A DNA stretch of 64,000 bases, from the NCBI GenBank assembly GCA_965215005.1, contig CBDCCZ010000023.1, positions 1-64,000 of the forward strand, given 5' to 3'. Made by a program: the position numbers and the translations under genes. The notes below the pieces were generated by a model. It worked only from the letters and a program-made list of their open reading frames with translations, ran no database searches and was not told where the DNA came from. Within the stretch, counting starts at the first letter, position 1. Every line of letters begins with the position of its first letter. The stretch comes from Kofleriaceae bacterium. Its GTDB lineage: Bacteria > Myxococcota_A > Polyangia > Haliangiales > Haliangiaceae. This document shows, piece by piece, positions 31,698 through 41,822 of this stretch.

Positions 31698-32609
31698 CTA
31701 CGGTGCGAGGCGCTGGGCGAAGAACTGCCACGCTGCTGCGACGCCGAAATCGGGCCAGACGTGGCCGCCCTCATGCTCGCAGTAGTGCACCGGATGCGCC
31801 GGCTGGCAGCCGCGATAGCTCACGCAAGGCGACGGGTCGGTGGGCTCGGTGGCTTCGTCGCAGCCGGCGCGGTTGCGATGGTCATCACGAAACGCGCTAC
31901 GGCCAGGATTCTGTTCCTCGGCGCCAATGGTGACCCACGCCGCCGGCGTGCCGACGCAGCTTGCTGGGTCGTAATACATGACCGCGCCGCCGGCGGCGAT
32001 GGCGGCGATGTCGCTGCGCCGACATCCCAAGACGCCCGAGAACGAGCCGCCACCACTAAACCCCATGGCGAAGATCGCCGTCTCGTCGATGCACAGCGCC
32101 GATCGCACCTGTGTGAGCACCTCATCGAAGTAACGAAGCTCGCTATCGACTGCCGCCGGCCAGGTCTCTGCGGGAGCGTCATAGTCGCGCCAGTTGCCGC
32201 CAATCGCCTCGGCGATGACCAAGATTGCGTTCTCCGCGAGCATGCCGCGCAGGTTGCGCTGCCCGGCGGTGGCATCCCAATAGGTGGCGCTGCCGCCGTT
32301 GGGGTGGAGCGCCAACACCAGCGGCCACGCGCGCTCGCTGTTGTAGTTGCTGGGCAGGCGCACGATGAATCGCCGCTCCCGGCCCTCGAGCTCGAAGGCG
32401 TGCTCGCCCTCCGCTAGCCCCGGCTCGTTGCCGCATCCCGCGCTCATCACGCGACCGGCATCGGCGGCTCCGGAGTCGGGGGTTGCCGGCTCAACGGCGG
32501 CATCGACGGCGGCGTCCGGCGCACCGACAGAGCCTGCGTCGCCAGCGGCGTTGGTCTCACCGCATGCCACAACCAGTACCAACACACTCGCAAGCCGCAG
32601 TCGGTTCAT
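31698..32609 (-). CDS. Alpha/beta-hydrolase lipoprotein (PHB depolymerase/feruloyl esterase-like)
   Basis: Lipobox VVAC; PLVLALHP, GFSGGG nucleophile elbow, GGHVWP. Confidence 0.85.
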   Translation of the reverse strand: MNRLRLASVLVLVVACGETNAAGDAGSVGAPDAAVDAAVEPATPDSGAADAGRVMSAGCGNEPGLAEGEHAFELEGRERRFIVRLPSNYNSERAWPLVLALHPNGGSATYWDATAGQRNLRGMLAENAILVIAEAIGGNWRDYDAPAETWPAAVDSELRYFDEVLTQVRSALCIDETAIFAMGFSGGGSFSGVLGCRRSDIAAIAAGGAVMYYDPASCVGTPAAWVTIGAEEQNPGRSAFRDDHRNRAGCDEATEPTDPSPCVSYRGCQPAHPVHYCEHEGGHVWPDFGVAAAWQFFAQRLAP

Positions 32610-32966
32610 TGCTACCAAGCTAGCAGCTCTGAAGTGGCAAGTAGACTCTCGCTACGTGCGTGGCTCAAAAGGCTCACCAATTTCGGGTGATGCGTTTGCC
32701 CTGGTGACCCGGGACCCCCATGAGGGGGTACTATACTCCCAGGTAAGGTGAGCCACGATACGCGTGTGCAGATCGCACATTCGCTTGGCAGTTGCGTCCT
32801 TGCGCCGACGCCGCGACCAACTCCCGGAAACTACTTGCCTGCGGCACGACTTTGCCGTTGCCCCCGCCGGCTGATTGAGGAATTCTGCAGTCAAGCAGCA
32901 GGTGCCAACTACCAACGCTCACCGCTGCCCTTTCAACCGCCAACGTACTGAAAAGGACACAGACTC

Positions 32967-33089
32967 ATGAAAAAGACCGCCACCAGCCAGAAGGCCCAGA
33001 CCACCGACAAGAAGTCCAAGAGCCTCCTTACCCTCACCCCAGCTGATATGAAGGGGATCGTAGGCGGCAAAGGCGAGATCATCTGGTAA
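32967..33089 (+). CDS. Small double-glycine-leader peptide (40 aa; not in the ORF track)
   Basis: AAAAGGA RBS; MKKTATSQKAQTTDKKSKSLLTLTPADMKGIVGG-KGEIIW*; GC-ending codon bias; hairpin directly downstream. Confidence 0.75.
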   Translation: MKKTATSQKAQTTDKKSKSLLTLTPADMKGIVGGKGEIIW

Positions 33090-33101
33090 GTCCTCTAACT
33101 G

Positions 33102-33131
33102 GAGTCGCAGTCTGTTTGCGAGCTGCGACTC
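33102..33131 (+). terminator. Hairpin downstream of the peptide gene
   Basis: 9-bp stem GAGTCGCAG...CTGCGACTC between convergent genes; no strong U-tract. Confidence 0.5.
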
Positions 33132-33225
33132 TCGCTTAGGCACTGCCGCTCGCGGCGTGCTCGATGGTTCACGGGACGCCGTGCGCCATCGAGTGTCCTA
33201 AGCGCGAGAATCTCAATCGAGAATC

Positions 33226-36200
33226 TCAATAAGGTATGAGTCGATAGGCCTGGACCGATCGCACCCATGGGTGGTCGGCCAGGCCTTCTCGATATTCGCT
33301 CGGCACTGCCGCAATCCACGCTGCGGCTTCTTCTTGCGCAACCGCCAAGCTCGCGCGCGAGCTCGTTTGCTGGCCGAGCTTGTGAAACAGACGCGAGCGG
33401 ATGTCTTCGATTCGGCAACGGCTGCTGCCATCGCTCGCGCCCGGGCTCAGCTGCAAGAACTTCACGATGAGCCAGTCGGGGGCGCTATCGGAGTGCACCG
33501 CGAAGCCATTGGCGAGGTCCAGGAGCGCGTCGGTGTAGCCGGGACGTGTCCAGCGATCGGGCTCGGAGAGGAGCTCCACCGCCGACTCGAGCCGCCCAGC
33601 GATGACATCGGCGAGCACCTGCGCTTGGTCGAGAAAGCGCGGCACGCCCATCGGCCGAAGGTCGTGACAGGCCTGATCGGCGATGGCAGAAGCCTCTTCT
33701 GGCTGCCCCGTGCTCCACCGCACCCGCGCGAGCGCCAAGGTCGCCAAGAGCCGGCGATCTGGATCCGCCTCGCGATGGCGAAAGTACTCGAGCCAGGCCG
33801 CCGCCTCGGCGTAGTGCCCCATCTTCATTTGAATGAGCGCATGGCTGAGCGTGACGCCCTCGCCGACCTCGACGGCACGCTCGAGCGCGGAAAACGCCTC
33901 TTGATAGGCACCCGAGGCCCACTTCGACTCTGCCACCAGGCCGCGATACAGCGCTTCCTTCTGGGCCGCGTTGACGCGCGCGCACAGCTCGGCAGCGGCG
34001 GTGAGAAGCCGCTGCGCGGCCTCCTCATTGCCTTCGCTGCGCTCCAGGTCCGCCAGCGCCTCCTGACAGAGCGTCACGGTAACCCAGTCGGTGCGCGCGC
34101 GATCGAGGACCTCGTCGAGAAGCGGCCGGGCGCTGGCAAAGTCGCCGAGCACGTGAAAGAACGTGCCGACATTGAGGGTTGCGGCCACCAGCCGCGAGTG
34201 ATGACCAACGCGCTGATAGATCTCCCGCGCTTCGAGAGTTTTCTCGATGGCTTCGGCGATCTTCCAGCGGCGAAACAGCGACATTCCGATGTTCATCAGG
34301 CAGTTAGCGCGAAGCAGCTCATCGGCGGTCCGTTCCGCGGTCGCTAGAGCATCGGCATAGAGCGCTTCGGCTTGCTCGAGGTGGTTCTGCATGAGAAACA
34401 CATTCGCCAGCCGCCACACGCTCCAGCCCACCCCCGCGCTGTCGCGGCTGAGCGTGATGGCGCGCAGCGCATACTCCAGCGCCTTCTTGCGCGCGCCCAC
34501 CGTCTCAAACTCGAGATAAATTCCCGCCAGCGCGGTGCACGCTTGCGCCTCGAGATCTTCGGCACTCACCTCGCGAGCCAGTTTTCTGGCCCGTTGAGCG
34601 AGTGCGCGCGCCGCATCGAGCGCCGCTTCAGCCTCGGTTCGCCGCCGCAGCGCCGCCGCCTCCAAGAGAATCTCGACGCCGAGGCGACTGCGCAGCCCGT
34701 CGGCTCCGAGCTCCTCCTGCGCACGTGTGAGATCATCGAGAGCCAGGTTGCGCTCGCCGATCGGCTCCCGCGAGCGCGCGAGCAGAAGTCGCGAGCGGGC
34801 AGCGTCAATTGGATGCAGCGAGGCAAACAGGGCCGCGGCGCGCTCGAGAAAGACCACCGCGGTTCCGTACGCATGCGCTTTGGCAGCGGTCTCGCCGGCG
34901 CGACGGTAGTACAGCGCCGCCTTGCCGAGCGCCGCGAGCAAGTCGTCATCGGGACGCGTGGTGCTGAGCGCATCTTGCGCGGCGCGCTCAAACCAGCTCA
35001 CCGCTTGTTCGGCCGCGCCGCCGCCGGCAAAGTGCTCGGCGAGCACCACCGCATCGGTCTCTCCTTGCTCTTGCAGCCAGGCGCCAGCGAGGCGGTGCCC
35101 GGTGGCGCGGTCGCTGTCGGTGAGCATGCCGTAGGCGGCCTCGCGGGTGAGGTCATGGCGAAAGCTGAGCTCGAGCTCGGCGCCGTAACTGCTGCCCAGA
35201 GCACGGGTGGCGATGAGCTCTTCGCGATCGAGCGTGCGCAGCCAGCCCTCGATCTCTCCGCGCGCCAGATCATTGCCCACCAGCGCGGCCACGCCGCCGA
35301 GCCAGAACGAGCGCCCGAAGATGCTCGCAGCGCGCAAGATATGACGCGCCGGCTCGGGCAACCGCGCGATGCGCAGCTGCACGCTGGCCATCACGCTCTC
35401 GGGCAGCGCTTCGAGCTCGCCACCGGCCGCGGCGCGAATGAGCTCCTCGAGGTAGAACGGATTGCCGGCGCTGCGCTCGACCAGGCGACTTCGGGTTCGC
35501 GCGTCGATCCGATCGCCGAGCATCTCGCGCACCAGCTCATCGCTAGCGCCCGGCCGCAGCGGCTCGACGAGGATTTCTTGCCGCTCCCAGTCGCTTGCCA
35601 GGGTCGGGAAGCGCTCGCGAGCCTCAGGTCGTGCCAGCGCCACCACCAGCAGCGGCAAATCAGCGGCGCAGCGCAGCCCCGCGCTGATGAGCTCGACCGA
35701 GGCGGCATCGGCCCACTGCAGATCGTCGACGACCAGCAGCACCGGCCCCGCGGCGCATTGCGCGACGAGCCAGTCCTGCCACGCCCGCCGCTTCTGATCG
35801 GCCATGAGCGCCGCGTCACCGCGGGCGGCGCGCAGCGCGATGCTTTCAGCGGCGGGAAGCTCGATGCCCATCAGCTCGCCGAGAAACTCCGCCACTCGCT
35901 GGTCTTCGGGCGCGGCAATCGAGCGCGAGATGCGCGCGGTCAACGCCGCAGGAGACGTTCCCGCGCCTTCGGCAAGCCCCAGATGGCTGCGCAGCGCTCG
36001 GGCCATCATGCCGTAGGGAACCTGCGCGCGCAGTGCATCGCCCCAGGCAGCAAAAACGGTGAGCGTGGGTTGATCTTGGCGCAGTCGGCGAAGCAGCTCG
36101 GCGTGCACCCGCGACTTGCCGACGCCGGCTTCGCCAAGCAAGACGATCGCGTGCGCGGTGGCGTCATCGATAGTGCCAGCCGCGGCCGCTTCGAGCTGTC

Positions 36201-37827
36201 GCAACAACCGCCCGCGACCCACGCAGGGCGTCGCGCGCCCGAGCAGGGGCCGCGGTGGCTCCTCGGCATCGGGTTGGCGGGCACGCTCGGCGAGTAGTGT
36301 GAAAGGGCCACCGGTTGTCTGCGAGAAGGCGAACTGCATCGGCAGCAGATCGCGCGTGGCGCGATCCATGGCGATGCGGCGGGCGCCCGCTTCCACCAGC
36401 CCGGCGGCGCGATCGATGATGCGACCCACGGCGTCGCGTTCGCTGAGAACGGCGCGATTGGTCGCGACTCCCAGCGAGGCATCGGGAAGCACGCGCGCAA
36501 TCGCCAGCGCGCAGCGCGCCGACCGCGCAGCGAGATCCGTGGCGGCGGCACCGCCCGAGAGCATTGCGACGAACGAGCCATTGAGTAGCACCTCGATGCG
36601 CGCACCGAACGGCTCGAGTGCCTCGCGAAGCGCCGGCAACAGACGCGCGGCTTGCGACGGGCCGCGCACCACCTGCAGCGCGCCCTCCGTGCTGCCGTCG
36701 TCTGCAGGCGCGCGGAGCTCGGCCTGCGTAGTCGCGCCGGTGACACTCACTCGTATCGGCTCCATCGCCAGGGTCTGCGCCAACTCATCTTCGGGGCTCG
36801 GCGCCATCGCGGCGAAGATGATCGACACTGGCTGGAGCTCGCGCGTGGTCAGCGACGGGAACGCCATCACCTCCGAGGTACCGATGGCGCCCCCATGAAA
36901 CATCGCGCGCACGGTGCGTATCGCCTCCGCAGCGCGCGAGCCGTCGCGCGGCCGTCGCGCGGGATCATACGCCATCATCCGCGCCACCAGCTCGTCGACC
37001 GCGCGCGGGATCTCGGGCACCAACGCGCTCACCCGCGGCGGCTCTTCGAACATGGCGATCTTGGCGAGCACCGCCTCGATGCGCTCGCCGCGGAACGCTG
37101 GACGTCCGGTGAGACACTTGAAGAGAATCGAGCCGAGCGCGAAAACATCGGCCGCGGGACCGACCGCGCGATCGCAGCGCGCCTGCTCTGGCGACATGTA
37201 TTCCGGTGTTCCCATCCCCACGCCGGTTGCCGTCACCGGATCCCAGCCGCCGCGGCGCACGATGCCAAAGTCGAGCAGCTTGGGTCGACGCAAATCGCTA
37301 CCGACCAGCAGGACGTTCGAAGGCTTGACGTCGCGGTGAACCATGCCGCGGTCATGAGCGGCACCCAGCCCTTCGGCGATGCGCGCGACGACCGCAAGCG
37401 CTTCATCGACGCTGAGCGGGGTCCTGCGCATGCGCTGCGACAAGGTGATGCCCTCGAGCCATTCCATCGCGATGAAGGCGCGGCCGCCTTCGGTTTCATG
37501 AGCGACATGCCGCACCACGGCTGGATGATTGATCTCGATGAGCGCCCGCGCCTCCATCGCCATCCGCTTGACGAGCGCGGCGTCATCGAACAGCAGCAGC
37601 TTGAGGGCAACGACGCGACCCGTGCGGCGATCGTGGGCGCGATATACGTCGCCCATGCCGCCTCGGGCGACGAAGCGATCGATCTCGAACCGTTCCGCGA
37701 TGAGCTCTCCAGCTTTCCACGTCGAGCCGCGATTCCCCACTCCGGAATAGTACTGCGCAACTACGCAGGAGACACGTTCTAAGGCGGTCGTAGCCGCAGG
37801 CGTCCCGCTCTGGCGCGGCTGTCGCAC
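33226..37827 (-). CDS. Ser/Thr kinase - degenerate cyclase-like - AAA ATPase - TPR multidomain protein
   Basis: HRDVKPSN/DFG/YMSPEQ; Walker A GEAGVGKS, Walker B LLVVDDLQWAD, SAGNPFYLEEL; ~550 aa helical TPR-like C-terminus; start may be GTG 37740. Confidence 0.92.
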   Translation of the reverse strand: MRQPRQSGTPAATTALERVSCVVAQYYSGVGNRGSTWKAGELIAERFEIDRFVARGGMGDVYRAHDRRTGRVVALKLLLFDDAALVKRMAMEARALIEINHPAVVRHVAHETEGGRAFIAMEWLEGITLSQRMRRTPLSVDEALAVVARIAEGLGAAHDRGMVHRDVKPSNVLLVGSDLRRPKLLDFGIVRRGGWDPVTATGVGMGTPEYMSPEQARCDRAVGPAADVFALGSILFKCLTGRPAFRGERIEAVLAKIAMFEEPPRVSALVPEIPRAVDELVARMMAYDPARRPRDGSRAAEAIRTVRAMFHGGAIGTSEVMAFPSLTTRELQPVSIIFAAMAPSPEDELAQTLAMEPIRVSVTGATTQAELRAPADDGSTEGALQVVRGPSQAARLLPALREALEPFGARIEVLLNGSFVAMLSGGAAATDLAARSARCALAIARVLPDASLGVATNRAVLSERDAVGRIIDRAAGLVEAGARRIAMDRATRDLLPMQFAFSQTTGGPFTLLAERARQPDAEEPPRPLLGRATPCVGRGRLLRQLEAAAAGTIDDATAHAIVLLGEAGVGKSRVHAELLRRLRQDQPTLTVFAAWGDALRAQVPYGMMARALRSHLGLAEGAGTSPAALTARISRSIAAPEDQRVAEFLGELMGIELPAAESIALRAARGDAALMADQKRRAWQDWLVAQCAAGPVLLVVDDLQWADAASVELISAGLRCAADLPLLVVALARPEARERFPTLASDWERQEILVEPLRPGASDELVREMLGDRIDARTRSRLVERSAGNPFYLEELIRAAAGGELEALPESVMASVQLRIARLPEPARHILRAASIFGRSFWLGGVAALVGNDLARGEIEGWLRTLDREELIATRALGSSYGAELELSFRHDLTREAAYGMLTDSDRATGHRLAGAWLQEQGETDAVVLAEHFAGGGAAEQAVSWFERAAQDALSTTRPDDDLLAALGKAALYYRRAGETAAKAHAYGTAVVFLERAAALFASLHPIDAARSRLLLARSREPIGERNLALDDLTRAQEELGADGLRSRLGVEILLEAAALRRRTEAEAALDAARALAQRARKLAREVSAEDLEAQACTALAGIYLEFETVGARKKALEYALRAITLSRDSAGVGWSVWRLANVFLMQNHLEQAEALYADALATAERTADELLRANCLMNIGMSLFRRWKIAEAIEKTLEAREIYQRVGHHSRLVAATLNVGTFFHVLGDFASARPLLDEVLDRARTDWVTVTLCQEALADLERSEGNEEAAQRLLTAAAELCARVNAAQKEALYRGLVAESKWASGAYQEAFSALERAVEVGEGVTLSHALIQMKMGHYAEAAAWLEYFRHREADPDRRLLATLALARVRWSTGQPEEASAIADQACHDLRPMGVPRFLDQAQVLADVIAGRLESAVELLSEPDRWTRPGYTDALLDLANGFAVHSDSAPDWLIVKFLQLSPGASDGSSRCRIEDIRSRLFHKLGQQTSSRASLAVAQEEAAAWIAAVPSEYREGLADHPWVRSVQAYRLIPY

Positions 37828-38021
37828 CTCAGCGGTGACGCGAGCAATCCACTCTAGAGGGTGAAGCGACGGAAGCCAGATTCCTGGCCTGGAGCAGGAG
37901 TGCCCCGTGGCGGGTCGGCCAAGGCTGCGCGGCGCATCGGTTCGAGCGCGTTACACCTGCAGTGGTCCATCTGTCGTCGAGCCGATGGAGATGCAACCAA
38001 ATCACTCCCATAGGGGGACCC

Positions 38022-39206
38022 ATGCGACGCGTTTTGTGGATGCTCATCGCGATCACCACGGTGGTTGCCTGTAAGAACACGCCCGACTCATCAGCAAGTG
38101 ATCCCGAGGTACCCGCGGCCACGCCTGCCAATGACGGTACCAATGGTGAGGACAGCGCCAACAGCGACAGTCCTACCGGCTTCGAGCCAGTTGAACGCGG
38201 CCGCTTCGATGAACCTTGGGCGATGACGTTCCTGCCCGACGGACGGCTTCTCGTGACCGAAAAAGCCGGCTCTCTAAAGCTCGTCGAGCTCGGCGGCAGC
38301 GTCACCGAGATCAGCGGCGTGCCCGAGGTCGACTACGGCGGTCAAGGCGGACTTGGTGACGTCGTGCTGCACCCGGAGTTTGCGCAAAATCAGCGCGTCT
38401 ATCTCAGCTGGGTCGAGGCGGGCTCCGGCGATACCCGCGGCGCCGTCGTCGGTCGCGCGCGGCTGATGCTGGACGATCCGCAACCGCGCCTCGACGACCT
38501 CGAGGTCATCTGGCGGCAAGATCCCAAGGTCACCGGTCGAGGCCATTACGGCCATCGCTTGGCGTTCTCTGCCGAAGGTGACTTGTTCATCTCCTCGGGC
38601 GAGCGGCAGAAATTCACCCCCGCGCAGGACATGGCGAGCAACCTCGGAAAGATTCTTCGTCTTCATGACGATGGCACGGTCCCCGCCGACAATCCATTTG
38701 CGAGCCGCGGCGGTGTGACCGCGCAAATCTACTCGCTTGGCCATCGCAATCCGCTCGGGTTGGCGTTCGATGCGAAGGGACGCCTTTGGGAGCACGAGAT
38801 GGGACCGCGCGGCGGCGATGAGCTCAACTTGATCGAACGCGGCTCGAACTACGGCTACCCGCTGGTTTCGAATGGCGACCACTACGACGGCCGCGACATT
38901 CCCGACCACGACACGCGGCCCGATCTCAACGCTCCTGAAGAGAGCTGGACGCCCGTCATATCGCCGGCCGGATTCATCATTTATTCGGGCGAGGTGTTTC
39001 CAGCGTGGCGCGGCAGCGGCTTCATCGGCGGCTTGTCGTCGCGGGCGCTTATTCGCGTCGCCCTCGAGGGGGAAACCGGCCGCGAAGTGCAGCGCTGGGA
39101 CATGGGCAAGCGCATTCGGGAGGTCGAGCAAGGGCCCGAGGGGCAGCTCTTCCTTCTTGAAGACGGCCCGGGTGGTCGCCTCCTGGAGTTGACGCCGAAG
39201 GGCTGA
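38022..39206 (+). CDS. PQQ-dependent sugar dehydrogenase (glucose/sorbosone dehydrogenase family) lipoprotein
   Basis: Lipobox [47 protein letters not shown]. Confidence 0.93.
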   Translation: MRRVLWMLIAITTVVACKNTPDSSASDPEVPAATPANDGTNGEDSANSDSPTGFEPVERGRFDEPWAMTFLPDGRLLVTEKAGSLKLVELGGSVTEISGVPEVDYGGQGGLGDVVLHPEFAQNQRVYLSWVEAGSGDTRGAVVGRARLMLDDPQPRLDDLEVIWRQDPKVTGRGHYGHRLAFSAEGDLFISSGERQKFTPAQDMASNLGKILRLHDDGTVPADNPFASRGGVTAQIYSLGHRNPLGLAFDAKGRLWEHEMGPRGGDELNLIERGSNYGYPLVSNGDHYDGRDIPDHDTRPDLNAPEESWTPVISPAGFIIYSGEVFPAWRGSGFIGGLSSRALIRVALEGETGREVQRWDMGKRIREVEQGPEGQLFLLEDGPGGRLLELTPKG

Positions 39207-39302
39207 GCGATGCGAAAACGCTCGCGCGCCAGTGCGAGCGTCAACCGCCGAGCGGTGTGAATGCGCTGCGTCGCTCAGCAGCTGCGAGCTTTAGCAGCGC
39301 GG

Positions 39303-39998
39303 TCACGGCGCCGGCGCCGGCGCTTCGCTGGGGTCGAGCAGGCCATACCGGCGCCAGCCCGAGCGCAGAGCGCGCGACTGCGGCGCCGCAACGCACGGCT
39401 CGTCGTCGGCCATCACCGAAGACGGAGCGGGGAGTTTCCAGCCTTGCAAACTCGGCGCGGAGGTATAGGCATCGAGCTGCTCACGACCCTTTTTGGGCGA
39501 GGCGCCGAGAAGCACGAATGCAAGCCCCTGGCGCACCTGCCGCGGACTCTCGAGGAGCTGCATCGCGAAGCGATCGGAGAAGAACGGCCCCTGTCGACCG
39601 AGATGACGATTGACGGCCTTGGCGAGCCGAATCGAGAAGCTTCTCAGGCCGATGGCGAGCGCGCGATTGTCGGGCGCCTCCACCAGCAGAAGCACGTTCC
39701 GTTGCCGCAGGCCGTAGTGGACGATGGCCAGCCCCTCGTGCGCGTTGACCTGACGCACGCAGTCGCGAAGGATGGCGTGGACGGCGGGACTGCGCAGGTT
39801 TGGCACCTCGTCGCGCGCCTCGAACGTGATCAGTGCCGGGTGCTCAGCATCGATCGCCGGCCGGCGATGGTGCGACACCCCTGCCCGCTCGCCTTTGGGT
39901 TTGCGCCCGGCTCCGGGGCGGGCACCCCCGCGACCGTCGGGTTTGACGGAGTTGGTGCCGGACTTGGGCGACGTGTTGTTGGAGACGCGCGAGGGCAT
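39303..39998 (-). CDS. RAYT/Y1 (IS200-like) transposase homolog lacking catalytic residues
   Basis: RGGARPGAGRKP, IVHY......LLVEA, IRLAKAVNR.LGRQG.FFSDRF, PRQVRQGLAFVL; the HUH position reads QRNVLL and the catalytic Tyr position is Phe. Confidence 0.75.
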   Translation of the reverse strand: MPSRVSNNTSPKSGTNSVKPDGRGGARPGAGRKPKGERAGVSHHRRPAIDAEHPALITFEARDEVPNLRSPAVHAILRDCVRQVNAHEGLAIVHYGLRQRNVLLLVEAPDNRALAIGLRSFSIRLAKAVNRHLGRQGPFFSDRFAMQLLESPRQVRQGLAFVLLGASPKKGREQLDAYTSAPSLQGWKLPAPSSVMADDEPCVAAPQSRALRSGWRRYGLLDPSEAPAPAP

Positions 39999-40188
39999 GA
40001 CCGGCTCTACGCAAGCACATCCCCTGCCACCACATCCACCCGGTTGGGTCACGGATGCATCACGGCAGCCGCGCGCTGCTTTCGAGAGCTGGGAGCTGCG
40101 GGGGTGCAACTGGAGAATTGCGTTGGGATCGGTCATCCTTGGGATCTCTCCGCCGCATCGGCGCGCAGCTCCGTTGCTCAGGTGTCCT

Positions 40189-40497
40189 ATGAAAACCATC
40201 AAGCTCCTCTTCGCGTTCTTGTTAGTCGCCGCGCTGATTTTGTTCGCAGCGCAGAATCTCACCCCGGTCTCACTCCAATTTCTGATCTGGCGTGCCGAGC
40301 TGTCGCTGGCCATCCCAGTTCTCGGCGCGTATCTCGTCGGTGGCATCACCGCTCGCGCGCTGCTTCGCTTCCTCAACCAGCGGCGCAAAGACCGCAAGCA
40401 GGGCCGCCTAGAGCGGCGTGCGGCGCAGGAGCGGGCAGCGCAAGTTCGCCACGAGGTCGTCAAGGAGCGCGCTGAGGCAAGCGCCGGGAAGATCTGA
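40189..40497 (+). CDS. LapA (DUF1049) family membrane protein
   Basis: TM-FAAQN..PVSLQFL.W...SLA-TM-basic coiled coil. Confidence 0.8.
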   Translation: MKTIKLLFAFLLVAALILFAAQNLTPVSLQFLIWRAELSLAIPVLGAYLVGGITARALLRFLNQRRKDRKQGRLERRAAQERAAQVRHEVVKERAEASAGKI

Positions 40498-40620
40498 CAT
40501 GACCCACGGCGTCATTTGCTAGCAAAGGCACACTCACTGGGGAGGCGCCTGGCCTACCAACCTGGGGATTCTTCGCAAGCACCTTCATAGCAGCACCCGA
40601 AACCCGTAAGATCGAGCACC

Positions 40621-41724
40621 GTGACGTCTCCGCCGACGAGTCTCCTGCAGCGCGGTCAGGCGCCGGTCGCGCTCCTCGAGCGACTGCTCGAAGAGCTGCC
40701 GATGGGCGTGGTTCTGCTCGACGCCGATGGCCGCACCGTCTTCTTCAATGCGTACGAAGAGACGCTCGCCGGGCGGCGGCGCGAGGATGTCTTGGGGCTC
40801 GACTTCTTCGAGACCGTGGCGCCGTGCATGAATGTGCGCGAGTTGGCCGGGGTGTTTCGCTCGGGCATCGGCCAGAGCAGTCTGATGCACGAGCTCGAGT
40901 TCCAGTTTCCATTTCCGCACCTCGATCAACCGCGCGACGTGGTGGTGAGATTGCGCTCCATCGAGCTTTACGGGGCCCCCTACGGCTGCCTTTACATCGA
41001 AGACGTGTCGGCGCGCCGCTCGGTCGAGCGGATGAAAGAAACCCTGAGCCGCCTACTCGTCCACGATCTCAAAAACCCGCTCACGGTGGTCGCCGTCAAT
41101 CTGCAGCTCCTCGAGGGACTAGGTGATAGCGCCGCGGATCGCGAGGTTGCCGAGGCGCTCACCGACGCCGCGCGGGCCACCGAGCGGCTCCGCGCAATGG
41201 TGATGAATCTGCTCGACATCACCCGGCTGGAGACCGGAGCTGTGCCGCTGCGCCGGCAGAAGCTCGATCCGCGCGAGCTCGTCGCAACGGTGGTCGAAGA
41301 GGCGCGGGGGATGGCACGCGCGCGCGACCTCGAGCTCATCGCCGAGGCCGAGGCCAGCCTTGCAGCCTGGAGTCTCGATGCCGACCTGATGCGCCGGGCG
41401 ATCGATAACCTGGTCGAGAACGCCCTCCGCTATGCACCGCGGCGCAGCTGCGTGACGGTCGCGGCGCGCCGAGAGGCCGAGCAGTGCATCTTCGAGGTCG
41501 CCAACGAAGGCGCCGCCGTGCCCGAGGAGCTCCGAGAGCGAATCTTCGACCCCTACGTTCGCGTCGCCGGCGGCCACGAGGGCACCAACCGCGGCCTCGG
41601 GCTCACCCTCGTGCAGCTCGCCGCCCGCGCCCATGGCGGCCGCGCCGAGGTGCGATGTCCGGACTCCGGAGGCAGCCAGTTCCGCATCGTGCTGCCCGCC
41701 GAGCTGCTTTGCGGCGCCGACTGA
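40621..41724 (+). CDS. Histidine kinase with N-terminal photoactive-yellow-protein-like PAS domain
   Basis: LPMGVVLLD.DG....FNAYEE.LAGR...V.G.DFF.TVAPCM (PYP signature); H-box VHDLKNPL; NLVENALRY; GLGL. Confidence 0.88.
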   Translation: MTSPPTSLLQRGQAPVALLERLLEELPMGVVLLDADGRTVFFNAYEETLAGRRREDVLGLDFFETVAPCMNVRELAGVFRSGIGQSSLMHELEFQFPFPHLDQPRDVVVRLRSIELYGAPYGCLYIEDVSARRSVERMKETLSRLLVHDLKNPLTVVAVNLQLLEGLGDSAADREVAEALTDAARATERLRAMVMNLLDITRLETGAVPLRRQKLDPRELVATVVEEARGMARARDLELIAEAEASLAAWSLDADLMRRAIDNLVENALRYAPRRSCVTVAARREAEQCIFEVANEGAAVPEELRERIFDPYVRVAGGHEGTNRGLGLTLVQLAARAHGGRAEVRCPDSGGSQFRIVLPAELLCGAD

Positions 41725-41822
41725 GGCTGGCAGCGCGGCGGGTGTAGGTTTTTCTTGCCGTGTAAGTTATCGGCTAGTAACTTATAGAAATCCCGCGCCG
41801 GGGCTACTCGAACTCGGAGAGT

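Noticed and set aside
32842..32855. Sigma-54 promoter for the peptide gene (CGGCACGACTTTGC)
   Set aside because: GG-to-GC spacing is 9 nt rather than the required 10; valid only if a T is missing from the assembly
33271..36297. Long + strand ORFs opposite the giant kinase (and similar antisense ORFs elsewhere)
   Set aside because: High-GC antisense shadows with no motifs, fully overlapping well-supported genes
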